Shown piece by piece: positions 28,708 to 39,063 of a DNA stretch of 64,000 nucleotides. Location of the stretch: positions 3,744,001-3,808,000 of the forward strand of contig OY781964.1 in NCBI GenBank assembly GCA_963677485.1, written 5' to 3'. The position numbers and the translations under genes were made by a program. The stretch is from Armatimonadota bacterium (GTDB lineage Bacteria; Armatimonadota; HRBIN16). Under the pieces are notes generated by a model. The model had not been told where the DNA came from and did no database searches. It worked only from the letters and a program-made list of their open reading frames with translations. The first letter of the stretch is position 1, and each line of letters begins with the position of its first letter.

Positions 28708-29457
28708 CTACCGGCGCATCTTGAGCTTGCGCTCCAGGCTGCGGCCAAGTGTCAGCCATCGGTGCATAGGCCCAATTTTGCGAAGGAAACCCAGCCCGAC
28801 ATCCTTGGCTGTGATCTGTATACGGGGCAGGGCGTATGGGTTCATTCCTGCGAACTTCACACCATCGAATATGGCCAGGGCACCGCGGTATCCCGCCTCA
28901 GCGGCGGTTCGCCGTACCAGCCGGTTGTGGCGGCCATACGGGTAACAGAGCGTTTCCGGTGGAAAACCCAGGTTCTGCTGGAATGTCTCACGGGAGATAT
29001 ACAGTTCATCTTCGAGTTCAGACAAGCCGATGTGAGTGAGATCAGCATGCGAGCAGGTATGAGAACCCAGCTCCATACCGTCCGCCAGCCACATCTGAAG
29101 TTGGTCCCAGTTCATCATCCTGCAGCGCGGATTGTTGGGTTTGACTTCAAAGTCGTTCATCAACCCTACCCAGTTGGCGATGGGGAACACCGTACCGTGG
29201 AAGTCAAACGCGGCCATGATGGGCATCGCGTGTGTGTAGTTATCTTCATACCCATCGTCAAAGGTGATGACTACAGGCTTATCGGGTAGGTCGAAACCGC
29301 GGTTGATGGTGTCAATCAACTGAATGACCGAAACCGTCTTATATCCAGCGCGCCATAACAGCTCCATCTGGTGTTGAAACACATCCGGTGGCACACTGTT
29401 GCGATGACCTGGCACATCCGCTATGCTGTGATACATGAGTATGGGCACTCGTTTCAT
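28708..29457 (-). CDS. Polysaccharide deacetylase (CE4/NodB)
   Basis: PILMYH, ITFDDGY, GSHTCSH, CYPYG, LPRI. Confidence 0.92.
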   Translation of the reverse strand: MKRVPILMYHSIADVPGHRNSVPPDVFQHQMELLWRAGYKTVSVIQLIDTINRGFDLPDKPVVITFDDGYEDNYTHAMPIMAAFDFHGTVFPIANWVGLMNDFEVKPNNPRCRMMNWDQLQMWLADGMELGSHTCSHADLTHIGLSELEDELYISRETFQQNLGFPPETLCYPYGRHNRLVRRTAAEAGYRGALAIFDGVKFAGMNPYALPRIQITAKDVGLGFLRKIGPMHRWLTLGRSLERKLKMRR

Positions 29458-30554
29458 GAGCGGCTATCCCGGGCTGCCGTGTAAATGGGCATCATTTTAT
29501 TCACCATGGCGTCAATGGTGAAATGCTGTTCAATACGCTGCCTGGCAGCCATGCCCATCTGCCTTGCTTCGTCTGGGTGGATGGCCAGCCACACTAAACG
29601 GTCAGCTAATGATTCTTCGTCTTGATAAGGCACCAGAAATCCGGTCTCCCCATCCGCCACTAACTCTGGAACGCCACCTACCGCGTAGGCCACGGTGGGT
29701 TTTCCGCAGGCCATCGCTTCCGCCAGGCTCAATCCAAAGGTCTCGCTAAACGTGGGCAGGGCCACGGCGTCGACCCAGGGAAGTATCTGCGGGATATCCT
29801 GACGGGCTCCCAGGAAGTGAACCCTGTCCGTTACCCCGAGCGTCTGTGCCATCTCTTGGAAATAGCTGAAGAACCGGCCGCCACCGATGAGTATGGCGTG
29901 CCAATCTTTGCAGTTGGGGTTGGATGCTAAAATCTTTATGATTGTGTGGTGGCCTTTGCGATGTTGAGAGAACATCCGGCCGATCAGCCCTATTGTGAAG
30001 GCCTCTGGGGGAATACCCAGTTCAGCGCGTATATTTGGCTCGGTAGGTGTCATCGAAAAGTGTTGAAGCTGCACACCATTCGGAATGGTGGTGAGGAGTT
30101 CCGCCGGGTAGATACCCTCGGCGATGATGTCGTTACGCAGGTAATCGCTGACGCAGATCATCTTGAACGCCTCTCCAAACTGTTGATATTTAACCTGGTG
30201 CCGAAACAGCCTGCCGTGAGCTGTCATCACCCATGGGGTGCGGGCAGCCTTGCATGCTTTGGCGGTGACCACCGCCGCATTCGCCGAGTTGGCATGAACG
30301 ACATCGGGCTTCAACTTGTTTATAAGGCGCCCGAGGAGCATGGTTGAGATACCCACATGAAGGCGGAACGGCACGTAGTGCTGCTCGATGCCGTCTTGCT
30401 CCAACTGTTTGGATATCTGACCACCGCCTGATGCCACACTGACTCTGATCCCTTGTTGAAGCAGTTGCCTGGCCAGCAACGCTGTATATGTTTCAGCCCC
30501 CCCCGCATTTAGACGGGGTACTGTCAACAAAATTTTTAGCGGTTGGCTGAGCAA
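29454..30554 (-). CDS. Glycosyltransferase family 4
   Basis: GGAE, VHAN, TAHG, CVS, IPNGV, KGH, ETFGLSLAEAMACGKP, GGVPE..DGETG. Confidence 0.92.
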   Translation of the reverse strand: MLSQPLKILLTVPRLNAGGAETYTALLARQLLQQGIRVSVASGGGQISKQLEQDGIEQHYVPFRLHVGISTMLLGRLINKLKPDVVHANSANAAVVTAKACKAARTPWVMTAHGRLFRHQVKYQQFGEAFKMICVSDYLRNDIIAEGIYPAELLTTIPNGVQLQHFSMTPTEPNIRAELGIPPEAFTIGLIGRMFSQHRKGHHTIIKILASNPNCKDWHAILIGGGRFFSYFQEMAQTLGVTDRVHFLGARQDIPQILPWVDAVALPTFSETFGLSLAEAMACGKPTVAYAVGGVPELVADGETGFLVPYQDEESLADRLVWLAIHPDEARQMGMAARQRIEQHFTIDAMVNKMMPIYTAARDSRS

Positions 30555-30617
30555 TGGGCGCCCTCATGTAATATTGTCATGCAGATATATATTACAGGAA
30601 TCCGTGTCATAATCATG

Positions 30618-31406
30618 CTACGCATCGGCTGCTGTGATGTGATAGCTGTCACGGCTGCGGTGTACATGAATCGGGGTGTCAAACAGCTCGGTGAGGTTCT
30701 TGCTTGTGAGTATTTGAGATGGGGTCCCATCGTGTAAAATCCGACCGTTTTTCATCGTGACCACGCGGTGGATGTCTGAGGTGATATCGGGCAAATTGTG
30801 CGTGACCAGGATGATTCCGTGCCCAGCATCAGCGATCTGGTGGATGGATTGGCGCAACCTTTGCTGAGCCGCCGGATCGAGGCCGTTGCCTGGCTCGTCC
30901 AGCAGCAGCGTCTCGGGTGAATTCACCAACGCTCTGGTGATCAGAACCCGCCTTATCTGTCCGGTGGAGAGCGTGTTCATCGCCCTGTCCGCCAGGTGAG
31001 CGCATCCCAGCCAATCCATCAGCTCTGCGGATCGCTGCCACATCTCCGCGGTCGCCTCGTGCTGTCGGAACAGTCCCATCGAGCCGAAGAAACCTGACAC
31101 CACCATCTGCTTCACCGAAATATCACGCCAGCACTCGCGCTGTAGTTCACCGGAGACCACGCCCAGATGCTGCCGCAGCTCGAAGACATCCCAGCGCTGC
31201 TGCCCCATGATGGCGGCGTAGCTGTTGCTGTCGGCTATCGGGAACAGTTCGCGTAGGATGGTTTTGATCAGGGTGCTTTTGCCGCAGCCGTTCGGGCCGA
31301 GGATCGCCAGTTTTTCACAGCGATCGATACGCAGGGTCAGACCATCCAGCACGGTTTGACCACCACGCTTCACGGTAATGTTCTCGAAGTGGCACAGAGG
31401 TTCCAT
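30618..31406 (-). CDS. Stand-alone ABC ATPase (ModF/YlmA-like)
   Basis: Walker A GPNGCGKST, signature LSTGQ, Walker B LLLDEP, H-loop VTH. Confidence 0.9.
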   Translation of the reverse strand: MEPLCHFENITVKRGGQTVLDGLTLRIDRCEKLAILGPNGCGKSTLIKTILRELFPIADSNSYAAIMGQQRWDVFELRQHLGVVSGELQRECWRDISVKQMVVSGFFGSMGLFRQHEATAEMWQRSAELMDWLGCAHLADRAMNTLSTGQIRRVLITRALVNSPETLLLDEPGNGLDPAAQQRLRQSIHQIADAGHGIILVTHNLPDITSDIHRVVTMKNGRILHDGTPSQILTSKNLTELFDTPIHVHRSRDSYHITAADA

Positions 31407-31571
31407 GTAAATGATGAGTTCCTTTCAGGTGTGTCTATTTACATTATATGACTCCGTGGTTTGCCGAGGGCGCCTGACACCACAGACTGCATGCATAGGG
31501 TGCCGTGTACCACAAATATGGCATCGAGTGCTATGAAGGAATATGCCTGCATGATACAGTAGAGATAGATC

Positions 31572-33692
31572 ATGCTACTGAGTGGTGTTGGTGCAACGTC
31601 ATTGGTAGGATACCCTCAGAATTGGCCATACGATATAGCTGAACCCAGGAGTGAGAACTTGTACAAAATCAACCCGAAACACTGGAATACCCCGCTTAGC
31701 AAGCCAGACATGGAACACTACTACCGGTTGGTGAAGTGGATACTGCAGTTCTGTCCGAGCCTGCATCAAGACCGGTTGGCCAACCTGGCGATACAGCTAT
31801 ACTTCATGATGACGGATTCGCCTAATAGAGATCAGAGCCCGAATGGGCTGCAGAAGCTTTCGAGTGGCATCTACAATCTGGTGAAGGAGATCACCGCCGG
31901 TTTGCCATATGTGCATGTCGTCATCACCAAAGAGGGGCTGTCTGTAGCCGCCTCGGAGCTGACGCTGCCCGAGGGACTGGAGCAGCCCGTGCTGGTATGG
32001 GTTGAAAACAAAGGTGCCGAGGCGGTGTCGCGGGTTGACCTCAGCTCCTCATGGGGTGATGGTGAGGCGATGGGCGGCTTATGGGTGCCAGATGGTGATA
32101 TCAGACCGTATATGATCACTCTGAAGCAGGGCCAAGCCGACACCGTGGAGCTGAGCGTGATGCAGGGCAAGCCGGCTGTGAAAGTACCCGTTAGGAAACT
32201 GGGCACCGCCACCCTGCGGGTGAGCATGATGGCTGACGGCAAGCTGTGGCCTGCCCGGGCCAGCGTGTATGGTGCAGATGGCGTGTTGAGATATGCCGGC
32301 GCATACTCCGAGAACAACACACTCTCCTATAAACCGGTACTGGGTGTGGATACCCGACCCATCCAGTATCGGCTGCCGTTCTTCTACACCGATGGCGAGT
32401 TGGAGATCACCGTGCCTGCGGGCCCTGTGACCGTACAAATGGAGCGGGGATTCGAGCATCCCATCGTGACAAAGCGCAGAACGCTCCGAGCCGGGCAGAA
32501 AGTGGGCATGAGGCTTGACAGCCGACGTGAAGTTGACATGAAGGCCCGCGGTTGGGTATCCGGTGACACCCATGTGCATTGGGCAAAGAATAGTTGGGAT
32601 GTGAATGAGGACATCACCCTGTTGGGGATGGTGCAGCGGGCGGAAGACCTGCGGGTGGTGAACAACCTGACGCTAAAGCACTGGGTGCGCGGCACGAATG
32701 TGCGGTTTGTGGCTCCGACACAGTATCCCATGGGGCCAGTTCCTGGTATGTGCGACCAGGAATACCACATTCAAATGGCTGAGGAGTTCCGTAACCAGGC
32801 GTGGTACGGACATATCAATCTGCTGGCTATCAAGAAACTCATCGAGCCGATCTCCACTGGTCCGGACATGGGCGATATGGCTGACTACCCCAACAATGTT
32901 CCAGCCATCGACGAGACGCACCGGCAAGGCGGCATCGTGTGTGAGGCGCACGGGCTTGGCTTAAACTGGGATGTGCCCGTGAATGTGATCAACGGCAAGA
33001 TCGACTGCCTCGACCAGATGATGGAGTTGGATTACTACCGCTTCCTGGACTGCGGTTTTCGCCTGCCACTGGGCAACGGATCCGATCACCCGGCCCGCGT
33101 GGCTGGGGTCGCTCGTATGTATGTGCTCAACGCGGCTGGTGGTCTGCATGACGGCTGGATTCAGGGCATCCGTAACCGGGCGATCTTTGTGACTTCAGGG
33201 GCACTGATTGGTCTGACGGTAGATGGCAAGCCCATCGGCGAGCTGATGACTCTGCAGAAGGGCCAGAAGGTGCGAATTCAAGCTTGGGGACGCAGCCGAC
33301 GGGAACTGGGCACACTGCAGATTGTGGTGAACGGCAAAGTGGTGGCGCAGAAGAGCACCAAGGGCCACACGGCAGAGCTGGATGTGAATCTGGCAATCGA
33401 CGAACCGAGCTGGGTCTGCGCCCGGTGCAGCCCGATCCCGTGGTCATACTGGGTGTTCACTGGTGCCGACATCGCCCATACCAGCGCCATCTACCTGGAC
33501 GTGGAGGGCCGTCGCCGGTTTAATGCGAAGGCTGCGATCTGGTTTGCGAAGCAGATGCAGCAACACGCAGGTGATGTGGAAGCCAAAGCGCTGTTCGACA
33601 CGGCGGATCAGCGGCGTGAGAGTGTCGACTACATCCGCAAAGGCGCCGAGGCCTACCGGCTGCTGGTCAAGCAAAAGGGATATAAATCGTGA
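31572..33692 (+). CDS. CehA/McbA-family (PHP-like) metallohydrolase
   Basis: RGFEH, GWVSGDTHVH, EEFR...GH, GG....AH, Y..LDCGFRLP..GSD, R.Y, FVTSG, AHTSAIY. Confidence 0.8.
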   Translation: MLLSGVGATSLVGYPQNWPYDIAEPRSENLYKINPKHWNTPLSKPDMEHYYRLVKWILQFCPSLHQDRLANLAIQLYFMMTDSPNRDQSPNGLQKLSSGIYNLVKEITAGLPYVHVVITKEGLSVAASELTLPEGLEQPVLVWVENKGAEAVSRVDLSSSWGDGEAMGGLWVPDGDIRPYMITLKQGQADTVELSVMQGKPAVKVPVRKLGTATLRVSMMADGKLWPARASVYGADGVLRYAGAYSENNTLSYKPVLGVDTRPIQYRLPFFYTDGELEITVPAGPVTVQMERGFEHPIVTKRRTLRAGQKVGMRLDSRREVDMKARGWVSGDTHVHWAKNSWDVNEDITLLGMVQRAEDLRVVNNLTLKHWVRGTNVRFVAPTQYPMGPVPGMCDQEYHIQMAEEFRNQAWYGHINLLAIKKLIEPISTGPDMGDMADYPNNVPAIDETHRQGGIVCEAHGLGLNWDVPVNVINGKIDCLDQMMELDYYRFLDCGFRLPLGNGSDHPARVAGVARMYVLNAAGGLHDGWIQGIRNRAIFVTSGALIGLTVDGKPIGELMTLQKGQKVRIQAWGRSRRELGTLQIVVNGKVVAQKSTKGHTAELDVNLAIDEPSWVCARCSPIPWSYWVFTGADIAHTSAIYLDVEGRRRFNAKAAIWFAKQMQQHAGDVEAKALFDTADQRRESVDYIRKGAEAYRLLVKQKGYKS

Positions 33693-36600
33693 AGTTGTTT
33701 TCGGTAATGGTGCTTTGGGCGGCGCTCTGCTCGTGTTCGATGGCGCAGGTACAGTGGGATGTGCAGAATGGCTATCTATGTGCCCATGAGGGGCAGACCC
33801 GCCTGCTGGTGCCTGCCGCCGCGGGGGCAGTGGATGCCATCGTCGATGGAGTGCCGGTGATGAACGGCAAAGCGGTGGTGTCGGTGAAGCGGCCTGTTGA
33901 GAGTCGAATTGAGGTGATCTACGCCACACCAAACGGCCGTCTGCGTGATATCTACAATCGGTTTCCCAAGCTGGGAGATCAAGCCTGGCAAAGACAGGTG
34001 TGCTACACCAACACCTCAGATAAGCCTCAGCGGTTGTCTGGTGTCACCATGCGCGCCTGCCCCGCGATCACCGACAGGCCGGATGTGTGGCGTCCCAAGA
34101 CCTTTTGGATGGGCCGCGTCTCAGCGACGAGGTTCCTTGCGGTTGGGTTCACCAGCGACGAAGATATGTATACCTTCCAGGAGCACAAACAGCCTGCCGC
34201 AACTGGCCCGCTGACCCGTCAGATTGTCGACACCGGCGTGAACGCAGTCTATACACTAAAGCCCGGTCAGAGTGCATGGGCGGGAACCCAGAGCATCTGG
34301 CTGAGCGGGAATGGTCACACAATACAGAGTGAATACCGTGTGCAGGCCCAGCAATTTTACCGTGCGGTCGGCATCACGCTGGTGGCGAATGCGCCAAAAT
34401 GGCTGCCAGGAGCGATCTACTACAAAACCACTCCAGGCGGTACCATCGAAAGCCGCTCCAGTGATATCGGCGGATTTGCCAACTACAGCCGTCAGCTGGA
34501 CTATCTGGCGGATATGGGGCTGGATGCCATCATGTATCACTCGATCACCCAGCACAAGTTCGGCACCGACCCTCAGACGGGCGGCTGGAATGTGTATGGG
34601 ATCACGGACTACGACAACATCGACATCATCAACGGCGGGGCGAAAGCGTTCAAGGCGCTGGCCGATGGCACACGAGATCGCGGCGTCCGGGTGATGAGCG
34701 AGCTCTGCTTGAACGGCTACTACAGCGTGAAAGCCGGATTTACCGGCACAGAGAACGCGCACCTGCAACGATGGTGGACCGTGGGGCATGATGGCAAGCA
34801 GTTGAAGAGTTTCGGTGGAGCCAGTATGGACTACAGCAGCCGTGAGTGGCAGCGGGCGATGGCCAAAGTGGCTCTGCGCTATCAAAGCGAGTTCGGCATC
34901 GAGGGGATGCGGCTGGATTTGGGCAGTGGATCAGGCGATAATTATGGGTCTATCTACACTAACCATCACAGCCTCTCCAATCTGGGCGGTTCATTGCAGA
35001 TGTTGAAGGCGATCAGCCAAAGCGCCAAGCTGGGTGACACCGCCTCTGTAATCATGAGCGAAGACATGGTGCACCAGCCCGAACGGTATCGCTACACGCC
35101 GCTGCTGTACGGGTTTGAGAATAAGCAGTTGCTTTCTCAACAGTTCCCATCTGATCTTTCCGATGCCCGCACGATGGTGCAACGGCTGACCGACTGGTAC
35201 GCGACCGAGTATGGCTCGATGCCAGAGGGTGGTCAGGTGATGAGCACCTTGAACGGATTGAATGAAGTCGTGGCACTGGGACGCGCCAGTTTTCGGTACG
35301 GGTATGGCCTTCAGCGTGCTCTTTACGGAGCATTGTTGGGGGTGCCGGGAGTGCTGCAGATGCACCAGGAAGAGGAATCGGGCAGTTACTTCGCCTACCA
35401 GGCGATGAATCGCGCGCGAATGGAGAGCCCGGAACTGCACACCGACTGGGCCGACTACCGCAGCGTGATCTTCCAACCCGAGGTTTTTACCGTGCTGCGG
35501 GGCACGAAGAGTAAGGCACTGTGCCTGAGCAACCTGTCGGGCAAAGCGGTGAAGGGCGAGGTGTGTCTGCCCGGCTGGCTGCGGCTGGATGGTCGGCCTG
35601 TGCACGACATGGTGGGCCGCAGGCAGGTGGGTGTCGTGCGGTCGCACCGCTTCAGTCTGAAGATGGAAGCCTATCAGACGATGGTCTGCCGGTTTGAGCT
35701 ACCTGCGCCGGTTCTGAAGGTCATCAAGTATGCGGGGCAGGAGTTGAGCGCAGAGGCCACCGCCAAGCCGTTCCACCTCGCCTTTTTGCAGGATCGTGTG
35801 GAGATAGACAGCGGATTGCTGCGAGCCCAGTTGGTGATGCCCACGGGATGGAGCCAAACCTCAGATGGCGTATACGGCGTTGCTGATGGTCAGTGCAGGA
35901 TTGTGCGTGACGGAGATGGCTGGAATGTCAGCATGGAGTTGAAACCAGGCGCGGATGCGCCTGTGTTGAGGGTGCTCAACACCGATGAATGGTTGGTCTC
36001 TGGCCGAACCGCGCTGCTGCACGACCGGCTGATCAGGCGCCATTTCCCATGGCCTGCCGACACGGGCTACCACTGGGATCGCACGATGACCTGGGGTGCT
36101 TTGCAGTGGGGCGGATTGTATAACAATGTGTTCCCCACTGGTCGGCTCTGGCAAAGCATCATTGAGCCGCTGCACCCCGACAAGCCAGGTCTGGGCTTTG
36201 TCCGCGGTGACGGGCGGCTGTTGGTCGACAGCATCCAAAGCAATGCACAGAACATAGTGCTGACCGACCGCACCGATGAGGCCATCAACACGCCGTATGG
36301 CCTTGATCTGCGATTCTTGTCAGTCGACCGTGACCTAAGTGCGCGTGTCGCGCGGTTCGGTTTTGACCTATGGTGGAACACGGAAGATTCCCAACTGGGG
36401 GCTTCTGAGCAGCCCGTGAAGGTGAATTTTCGCATCAGCGCCGGAGATGTGGTACCGGCACTGTCCGCTGCACGTCAGGCTCCAATCAACCGCAACAGTG
36501 AGATTGAGCGCAAGGGCGAGCAGATCGTGATGGCGGAGAACTCAGCGGTGTTCTTCGTGCAGCCAGGCGAGATCAGTTGGCGGTTCCCTGAGTATGCGAA

Positions 36601-36877
36601 GGGACGCTATCAGGTGCGGATGCTGCTCCTGCGAAGCGGTCTGTCAGCAGACGGCAGCGATATGGAGCCGTTCTATACGCTGCTGGTCAATGGGAAGCCG
36701 CAGCCCATCACCTGGGGCAAGAAGAACATCAGCAGTCAGGGCAACGCCTACTTCGGCTACGGCACAACCCCGGTGGTCGATTTGTCCGACGGGAAGCCGC
36801 ATGTGCTCACGCTGCGCATGAGCTCTACATGGCAGGCCGTCCAGCCCTACCTTACACTGATCAACGCGTCGGAATAG
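33689..36877 (+). CDS. Secreted multidomain protein with an alpha-amylase (GH13)-like catalytic domain
   Basis: Signal peptide, PKWL..AIYY, GGF....QLDYLADMGLDAI, Y.ITDY..ID...GG...FKAL......GVRVM, GIEGMRLD, MSE. GTGA overlap with the upstream gene. Confidence 0.7.
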   Translation: MKLFSVMVLWAALCSCSMAQVQWDVQNGYLCAHEGQTRLLVPAAAGAVDAIVDGVPVMNGKAVVSVKRPVESRIEVIYATPNGRLRDIYNRFPKLGDQAWQRQVCYTNTSDKPQRLSGVTMRACPAITDRPDVWRPKTFWMGRVSATRFLAVGFTSDEDMYTFQEHKQPAATGPLTRQIVDTGVNAVYTLKPGQSAWAGTQSIWLSGNGHTIQSEYRVQAQQFYRAVGITLVANAPKWLPGAIYYKTTPGGTIESRSSDIGGFANYSRQLDYLADMGLDAIMYHSITQHKFGTDPQTGGWNVYGITDYDNIDIINGGAKAFKALADGTRDRGVRVMSELCLNGYYSVKAGFTGTENAHLQRWWTVGHDGKQLKSFGGASMDYSSREWQRAMAKVALRYQSEFGIEGMRLDLGSGSGDNYGSIYTNHHSLSNLGGSLQMLKAISQSAKLGDTASVIMSEDMVHQPERYRYTPLLYGFENKQLLSQQFPSDLSDARTMVQRLTDWYATEYGSMPEGGQVMSTLNGLNEVVALGRASFRYGYGLQRALYGALLGVPGVLQMHQEEESGSYFAYQAMNRARMESPELHTDWADYRSVIFQPEVFTVLRGTKSKALCLSNLSGKAVKGEVCLPGWLRLDGRPVHDMVGRRQVGVVRSHRFSLKMEAYQTMVCRFELPAPVLKVIKYAGQELSAEATAKPFHLAFLQDRVEIDSGLLRAQLVMPTGWSQTSDGVYGVADGQCRIVRDGDGWNVSMELKPGADAPVLRVLNTDEWLVSGRTALLHDRLIRRHFPWPADTGYHWDRTMTWGALQWGGLYNNVFPTGRLWQSIIEPLHPDKPGLGFVRGDGRLLVDSIQSNAQNIVLTDRTDEAINTPYGLDLRFLSVDRDLSARVARFGFDLWWNTEDSQLGASEQPVKVNFRISAGDVVPALSAARQAPINRNSEIERKGEQIVMAENSAVFFVQPGEISWRFPEYAKGRYQVRMLLLRSGLSADGSDMEPFYTLLVNGKPQPITWGKKNISSQGNAYFGYGTTPVVDLSDGKPHVLTLRMSSTWQAVQPYLTLINASE

Positions 36878-36885
36878 ACCGGCTG

Positions 36886-36914
36886 TTGTGCCCTGTAGCT
36901 ACCCGGTGTATAAT
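36886..36914 (+). promoter_or_regulatory. Putative sigma70 promoter of the GH36 array
   Basis: TTGTGC-17 nt-TATAAT. Confidence 0.5.
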
Positions 36915-36928
36915 CATCTTTGAGTGTG

Positions 36929-36976
36929 CTGCGGATGGGTCGGTATAAATGCGATGTTGTCCGCAGTTTTATCTTT
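36929..36976 (+). terminator. Terminator-like stem-loop plus U-tract (end of the upstream operon, or a leader attenuator)
   Basis: CTGCGGA...TCCGCAG stem extended by G-U pairs, followed by TTTTATCTTT. Confidence 0.5.
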
Positions 36977-37001
36977 ATGTGCGAGGTTAACCGATTAACC
37001 A

Positions 37002-39062
37002 ATGAAGCAAATATCGACGCTGTTGGCCATCATACTTCTTATGATGCTGCCTGCGGTCATGACAAGGAGTGTAGAAGTGCAAAATAATAGTGTTCAGTTG
37101 GTGCAGACATCCGAGCCCACTGGCTGGTTTTACAACATCACTAAAGAGAAAGGGGCAAGGCCGGCATCGCTGCCATTCTCATTCATATGCAATGGCCAGC
37201 ACTCTTCGGAATGGCTGGCTGGATGCGAGTTCTCCCGGAGTGCGAAACAGCTTGATAACTCGCGTCATGAGATCACGCTGGTATACTCCGATAAGCTCAC
37301 CGGCTTGACCCTGCGTTGTGTCGCGGTGGAATACCTCGATTTCCCCACGGTAGAGTGGACGCTCCATTTCAGGAATGAAGGCACGGCCGACACGCCTATA
37401 CTGGAGAACATCCAGCCGCTGGATTTGAATTTCGCCAGGCAGGCGGATGCCAAAGATGAGTTTTTGCTTCATCATGCCAGGGGCTCTGTCTCCGGTCCGA
37501 ATGACTACGAGCCTTTCAGCAAGCCGCTGCCGCCAGAGACCAAATGCCAGTTCGATGCCCTCAACGGCAAACCATCCTGGGGTGAGTGGCCTTATTACAA
37601 CCTGGAATGGGGGAGCGGCGGAGCCATCATCGCCATCGGCTGGCCCGGTTCCTGGAGTTCCCGGTTCACCCGAAATGCGGGCACACAGTTGCATATTCAA
37701 GCTGGACAGCAGAAGACCCATTTTCGGCTCCATCCGCAGGAAGAGGTGCGAAGCCCGCTGATTGTGGTGCAGCGGTATGAGGGCGATTGGCTGGCGGGAC
37801 AGAACATATGGCGACGATGGATGTGGGCCCATATCATACCTCGGCCAGGCGGCAAGATGCTGCAGCCGATGACAGGTGGGTTTGACGGTTATTACTTCCC
37901 CGATCTACAGATTACCGAGAAGGGCGAGAAGCAGGCGATCGACCGATACGCAGAGGAACGCCTGCTGCCGGACTGCTGGTGGGTGGATGCCGGTTGGTTC
38001 CAGATGACCGATGCGAAGGGCGTTTCCTCGTTCTGGAACGCAGGCACCTGGGATATCGAGACCAAGCGGCTTCCAGACGGCTTGCGTCCTGTATTTGATC
38101 ATGCAAAGTCCAAGGGTATCGGGAAGGGCATCCTGTGGTTTGAACCGGAGCGTGTGGCTCCAGGCCGATGGCTGTCGGAACAGCATCCTGAATGGTTATC
38201 GGGGCGCGAGGGGCAGTACAAGCTGCTGAACCTGGGCAACCCCGAGGCCTGGGATTGGGTGACCAACATGGTCGACAAGACGTTGAAGGATGCTGGGATC
38301 ACCATCTACCGTGAGGACTTCAACTTTGGCCCATTGGATTGCTGGACATACAATGAGCCTGAGGACCGGCAGGGGATCAACGAGATTAAGCATGTGACAG
38401 GCCATCTTGCGTTCTGGAAAGAGCTGCTCAAGCGTGATCCAAACCGGATGATAGACACCTGCGCTTCGGGTGGTCATCGGCTCGATATCGAAACCCTTCG
38501 CCTCTCGGTTCCGCTCTGGCGCAGTGACTGTTCCTGGGATCCCATCGGTATGCAGTGCATCACGTATGGACTATCGCTTTGGGTGCCCTATCAGGGCACA
38601 GGCGTCGTCTCTGACGATCCGTACGTGATGCGCAGCGATATGACGCCCTTCTTCTTGATGTCATGGGACATGAACCGCAAGGACATCGACTTCGACCGTC
38701 TCCGTAAACTGATGGCTGAGTGGCATAAGATCAGCAAATACTACAAGGGTGACTTCTACCCATTGTCGGCATACAGCCTGTCCAACACGGCGTGGATGGC
38801 GTGGCAATACAACTGTCCAGAAGATAATGCAGGAATGGTTCAGGTGTTTCGTCGTGCCGACAGCCCGTACATATCGGCCCAATTTGTGCTCAAGGGGCTT
38901 GACGCCTCCGCGGAGTACCGAGTGGTCAACGCCGGTACGGGCAGCAGTAGCGTGTATACGGGCAAAAAGCTGATGGGCGAAGGCTTCACCGCCAGCATCA
39001 AGGCCATGCCTGGAGCGACAACCTATATCTACACCAAACGGCAAGCGGCCAAACCTAGATAG
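37002..39062 (+). CDS. GH36 alpha-galactosidase-like protein, paralog 1
   Basis: WWVDAGW, LWFEPE, LLNLGNPEA, YREDFN (nucleophile), CASGGHR, WRSD (acid/base), GDFYPL. Confidence 0.9.
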   Translation: MKQISTLLAIILLMMLPAVMTRSVEVQNNSVQLVQTSEPTGWFYNITKEKGARPASLPFSFICNGQHSSEWLAGCEFSRSAKQLDNSRHEITLVYSDKLTGLTLRCVAVEYLDFPTVEWTLHFRNEGTADTPILENIQPLDLNFARQADAKDEFLLHHARGSVSGPNDYEPFSKPLPPETKCQFDALNGKPSWGEWPYYNLEWGSGGAIIAIGWPGSWSSRFTRNAGTQLHIQAGQQKTHFRLHPQEEVRSPLIVVQRYEGDWLAGQNIWRRWMWAHIIPRPGGKMLQPMTGGFDGYYFPDLQITEKGEKQAIDRYAEERLLPDCWWVDAGWFQMTDAKGVSSFWNAGTWDIETKRLPDGLRPVFDHAKSKGIGKGILWFEPERVAPGRWLSEQHPEWLSGREGQYKLLNLGNPEAWDWVTNMVDKTLKDAGITIYREDFNFGPLDCWTYNEPEDRQGINEIKHVTGHLAFWKELLKRDPNRMIDTCASGGHRLDIETLRLSVPLWRSDCSWDPIGMQCITYGLSLWVPYQGTGVVSDDPYVMRSDMTPFFLMSWDMNRKDIDFDRLRKLMAEWHKISKYYKGDFYPLSAYSLSNTAWMAWQYNCPEDNAGMVQVFRRADSPYISAQFVLKGLDASAEYRVVNAGTGSSSVYTGKKLMGEGFTASIKAMPGATTYIYTKRQAAKPR

Positions 39063-39063
39063 G

